From: an uncultured Eubacteriales bacterium
GTDB lineage: Bacteria; Bacillota; Clostridia; Christensenellales; CAG-917
Reading direction: 5' to 3'
DNA: 64,000 nucleotides
Assembly: GCA_900545885.1 (NCBI GenBank)
Contig: URAF01000004.1
Location: 65,100 to 129,099 of the forward strand
Part shown: one piece after another, positions 61,287-64,000 of the stretch
How the letters are laid out: each line of letters opens with the position of its first letter
How positions within the stretch are numbered: the stretch's first letter is position 1
Notes under the pieces: generated by a model
Seen by the model: the letters and a program-made list of their open reading frames with translations, nothing else
Database searches by the model: none
Told to the model about the DNA's origin: nothing
Translations under genes and position numbers: made by a program

Positions 61287-61476
61287 AACGACAAATAAGC
61301 CGTCAAATAAAAAATAAAACTGCGGCAAAGCAGCAATGTTTTTAAGTCCTGTTGTGTGACCGAAAAAACCGCGATAGAAGCGGAATATTTTGTGCAAAAA
61401 ACTGTGACACATTGCCGTAAACGGAAAGCGCTGTAAAAAGAAACCGTGTATCAAACGAAAAAGTATGTAAATAACA

Positions 61477-61508
61477 AAATCCACCGTTTTTGCGGTGGAT
61501 TTTTTTTC
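61477..61508. terminator. Bidirectional rho-independent terminator
   Basis: aaaatccaccg-ttttt-cggtggatttttttt. A second hairpin, cggaaacg-cc-gtttccg, lies at 61512-61530 on the side of the minus-strand gene. Confidence 0.8.
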
Positions 61509-61582
61509 GTGACGGAAACGCCGTTTCCGCACGGACAGTATGAACAATTTTCAAAATTCTGACCTGCCTTTGTTGGGTCGGT

Positions 61583-62065
61583 TTACAGTCCCGCAAGCAG
61601 TTCCTTGAATATTTTGATGTGCAGTTCCTCATCGAGGATTATGCGTTCGAGCAGAAGTTTTACGCTTTCCGTTTTCAGGTTGAGCACCGTTCTTTCGTAG
61701 TTGAGTATTGCCGTTTCTTCGCCTACGATGTTCTGTTGGAGATATTTTTTCGGGTCCAGCGTGTAGTTGGCAAAACTCCCGTTCCAGTACGTTCTGCCGC
61801 CCATTACGGGATAGCCGCCCAACTTGAATATCGTTTCGCCCAGAAGTTCGTGATGGTGCATTTCGCATTTCGCAATACCGATGAGCGCGTCGGCAAGTTC
61901 TTTGTTTTTCTGCGTTATGTAGTTCTGAAAACAGTATGTTGTCACCGCGGTAAGTTCTCCCGCGGGTCCGCCGTAGTTCGGCATGAGAAGTTTGCTGTCC
62001 GCGAGGTTTTCCGCGGGTTCGACTTCGGGATAGGGCAGTTCACAGCAATAGAGTTTTGCGTCCAT
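61583..62065 (-). CDS. Ferritin-like / manganese catalase family protein (CotJC-like)
   Basis: ATG at 62065 follows SD GAGGAGG. NYGGPAGELTAVTTYCFQ resembles CotJC YGGADGELAAALRYLNQ. Di-iron-type CEMHHHELL and EETAILNYE...DEELHIKIF motifs are present. Confidence 0.6.
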   Translation of the reverse strand: MDAKLYCCELPYPEVEPAENLADSKLLMPNYGGPAGELTAVTTYCFQNYITQKNKELADALIGIAKCEMHHHELLGETIFKLGGYPVMGGRTYWNGSFANYTLDPKKYLQQNIVGEETAILNYERTVLNLKTESVKLLLERIILDEELHIKIFKELLAGL

Positions 62066-62229
62066 TTGCGCCTCCTCGTTTTTTCTCAATATATGAACCC
62101 GCGCCCTTCTTGGTGAAACTTCCCGAGCCTTTTGCATGTTTTTGACCTTTCGCCGCACATTTTCGTAAATACGCTTGCCAAATATAAATTATTGTGATAG
62201 ACTTTTTTAGACTTATCAGGAGGTAAAAG

Positions 62230-62550
62230 ATGCTGGATAACGCGCTTTACACAATTCTTGCCGCGGCTTCCGACCGTCCCGGCGGTTCGATTCCCCAAGA
62301 GGTAAGAGAAGCAGTTTTAATAGCATTTATGATTATGATGCTCATAGCGTCGATTGCTATGATCGTCATCGTATTGATGCAAAAGGGTACCAGTGATAAC
62401 GTCGGAGTCATTTCCGGTGCGTCCGATACTTACTACGGCAGAAACAAGGAAAAGGGCAAGGAAGGCACGCTCAAAAAGGTTACGTTCATACTGTTCGCGT
62501 TTCTTCTCGTCTGCTCGGTCATCTGCTTCGTGGTCGGCGCAATCGCATAA
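62230..62550 (+). CDS. secG: Preprotein translocase subunit SecG (with ~25-aa N-terminal extension)
   Basis: SD AGGAGG. TM1 LIASIAMIVIVLMQKG, a Gly/Ser loop, then TM2 KKVTFILFAFLLVCSVICFVVG. Confidence 0.75.
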   Translation: MLDNALYTILAAASDRPGGSIPQEVREAVLIAFMIMMLIASIAMIVIVLMQKGTSDNVGVISGASDTYYGRNKEKGKEGTLKKVTFILFAFLLVCSVICFVVGAIA

Positions 62551-62567
62551 TTCGTCCAAAATCGACG

Positions 62568-62600
62568 AGCGACTCCGCAAGGAGTCGCTTTTATTTTATT
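62568..62600 (+). terminator. Rho-independent terminator after secG
   Basis: agcgactcc-gcaa-ggagtcgct, followed by tttattttattt. Confidence 0.85.
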
Positions 62601-62887
62601 TCGGCGCGTAAACATCGCCCGCGAGTAACGCTCATCAAAGACGGTAACGCTTGACGACAGCAACTCCCGACGGCAACACCGCCCGAAAGCAACTGCGGCA
62701 CGGTCACTCGGTGCCCAATCGAATATTTCGGCGTACTGACAGACGTTCGGTAAATATGTTGCGGGAATAAAGGTTGATATTTATAGCAATAAGTTATATT
62801 ATATAAGTTGACGCGTATCGGCGCGCAGGCGATTGCGGAAACGTCCGAAAAGTAAGGGAAAGGACAATCCGAGCCGCACGGTGGAAT

Positions 62888-63340
62888 ATGAAAATCATTG
62901 CAACCAACAAAAAAGCCTATCACGATTATTTCGTCGAGGACACATACGAAGCGGGCATTGTACTTGTCGGCACGGAAGTCAAATCCGTGCGTCTAGGTGC
63001 AGTCAATCTCCGCGACAGTTTCGCCATAATCAAAAACGGCGAGGTGTTTATGGTAGGCGCGCATATTTCGCCTTACGAAAAGGGCAGTTACTTCAACGTA
63101 GACCCCCGCCGCAACAGGAAACTTCTTCTCAACAAAGCCGAAATCAGAAAGCTGAAAGCAAAAACCGAACAGAAAGGTTATACGCTCGTGCCTTTGAAAC
63201 TTTACTTCAAAGACAGCCTTGTAAAAGTCGAACTCGGTCTTTGCCGAGGCAAGGAACTGCACGACAAACGCGAAAGCATAAAGCGCAAGGAAGAAGCGCG
63301 CAAAATCGACAGAATAAAGAAAGAATACAATACGAGGTAA
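62888..63340 (+). CDS. smpB: SsrA-binding protein
   Basis: [30 protein letters not shown]...[15 protein letters not shown]...[11 protein letters not shown]. Confidence 0.96.
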   Translation: MKIIATNKKAYHDYFVEDTYEAGIVLVGTEVKSVRLGAVNLRDSFAIIKNGEVFMVGAHISPYEKGSYFNVDPRRNRKLLLNKAEIRKLKAKTEQKGYTLVPLKLYFKDSLVKVELGLCRGKELHDKRESIKRKEEARKIDRIKKEYNTR

Positions 63341-63369
63341 TAACCGTATTGCCCCGTAAAGGAGATACT

Positions 63370-64000
63370 ATGAGCAAAATCGAAACAATTTGCGTTCAGG
63401 GCGGATACACTCCCGGTAACGGCGAACCCAGACAAATACCGATTATTCAAAGCACGACTTTCAAATACGACACCAGCGAAGATATGGCAAAGTTGTTCGA
63501 TTTGGAAGCCAGCGGATATTTTTATACCCGTCTCCAAAATCCCACCAACGACTATGTTGCGGCGAAAATCTGCCAGATGGAAGGCGGTTCTGCGGCAATG
63601 CTTACGTCTTCGGGACAGGCGGCAAACTTTTTCAGCGTTTTCAACATTGCGGGTCACGGCGACCACATCGTGTCCAGCTCCGCGATTTACGGCGGTACTT
63701 ACAACCTTTTTGCCGTCACGATGAAACGTATGGGCATTGACTTCACCTTCGTGTCGCCCGACGCCAGCGAAGAGGAACTCAACGCCGCTTTCCGTCCCAA
63801 CACCAAAGCGTTGTTCGGCGAAACCATTGCAAACCCCGCGCTTACCGTTCTCGACATCGAGAAGTTCGCAAAAGTCGCTCACGCACACGGAGTTCCGTTC
63901 ATCATCGACAACACGTTTGCAACTCCCGTCAACTGCCGTCCGATAGAGTGGGGCGCCGACATCGTCACGCACTCTACCACAAAATACATGGACGGACACG
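63370..64000 (+). CDS. metY: O-acetylhomoserine aminocarboxypropyltransferase/sulfhydrylase (PLP enzyme), 3' end cut by window edge
   Basis: ATG at 63370 follows [26 protein letters not shown], and PLP lysine in [11 protein letters not shown]. The frame is open to the window end. Confidence 0.88.
   Translation, partial: MSKIETICVQGGYTPGNGEPRQIPIIQSTTFKYDTSEDMAKLFDLEASGYFYTRLQNPTNDYVAAKICQMEGGSAAMLTSSGQAANFFSVFNIAGHGDHIVSSSAIYGGTYNLFAVTMKRMGIDFTFVSPDASEEELNAAFRPNTKALFGETIANPALTVLDIEKFAKVAHAHGVPFIIDNTFATPVNCRPIEWGADIVTHSTTKYMDGH

Noticed and set aside
62283-62295. tRNA T-loop-like sequence GGTTCGATTCC
   Set aside because: The flanking bases cannot form a T-stem (2 bp at most) or an acceptor stem. 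The sequence lies inside the secG ORF. No tRNA was found in the window.

Overview
Moderately GC-rich chromosomal segment with a strong plus-strand gene bias, apparently from a spore-forming Firmicute (Clostridia-like). Most of it is core housekeeping, arranged in blocks syntenic with Bacillus subtilis: dnaG-sigA-trmK-nif3(yqfO)-COG1579 zinc ribbon; thrS; infC-rpmI-rplT-trmH(ysgA-like); yebC-proA; nifS-nifU; murG; a type IIA topoisomerase B/A pair; pepF; dnaB; yqfC-yqfD-phoH-pgpH(yqfF)-ybeY-era-yqzL-recO; sua5(ywlC)-ywlE; secG; smpB; metY. Accessory content: (i) at the 5' end, an Opp-type ABC importer (permease plus two ATPases) followed by a 1000-aa LamG/Ig-repeat surface protein, a GH32-like lipoprotein, a decayed sulfatase remnant and xylulokinase; (ii) a GH2 beta-galactosidase; (iii) a divergent membrane S1 protease / Mrr-like nuclease pair; (iv) a DegV-ApbE-NusG_II-Gx transporter block; (v) several secreted proteins of unknown function that share an N-terminal signal or lipobox plus a C-terminal TM and Lys-rich tail. 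I found no rRNA, tRNA, CRISPR array, transposase or integrase. I also found no clear-cut new multi-gene system. The most unusual supportable observation is a ~120-aa acidic C-terminal extension on the replicative helicase DnaB that ends in an SSB-tip-like motif (EDEDMPF-stop) and has two similar internal motifs. Other points worth a second look: long acidic N-terminal extensions on both Opp ATPases, a topoisomerase A subunit without a GyrA box, a sulfatase pseudogene, a low-complexity repeat extension on YqfD, and several intergenic repeat or phased A/T-tract arrays next to strong promoters. Many whole-gene-length antisense ORFs in the supplied track are rejected as shadow ORFs.
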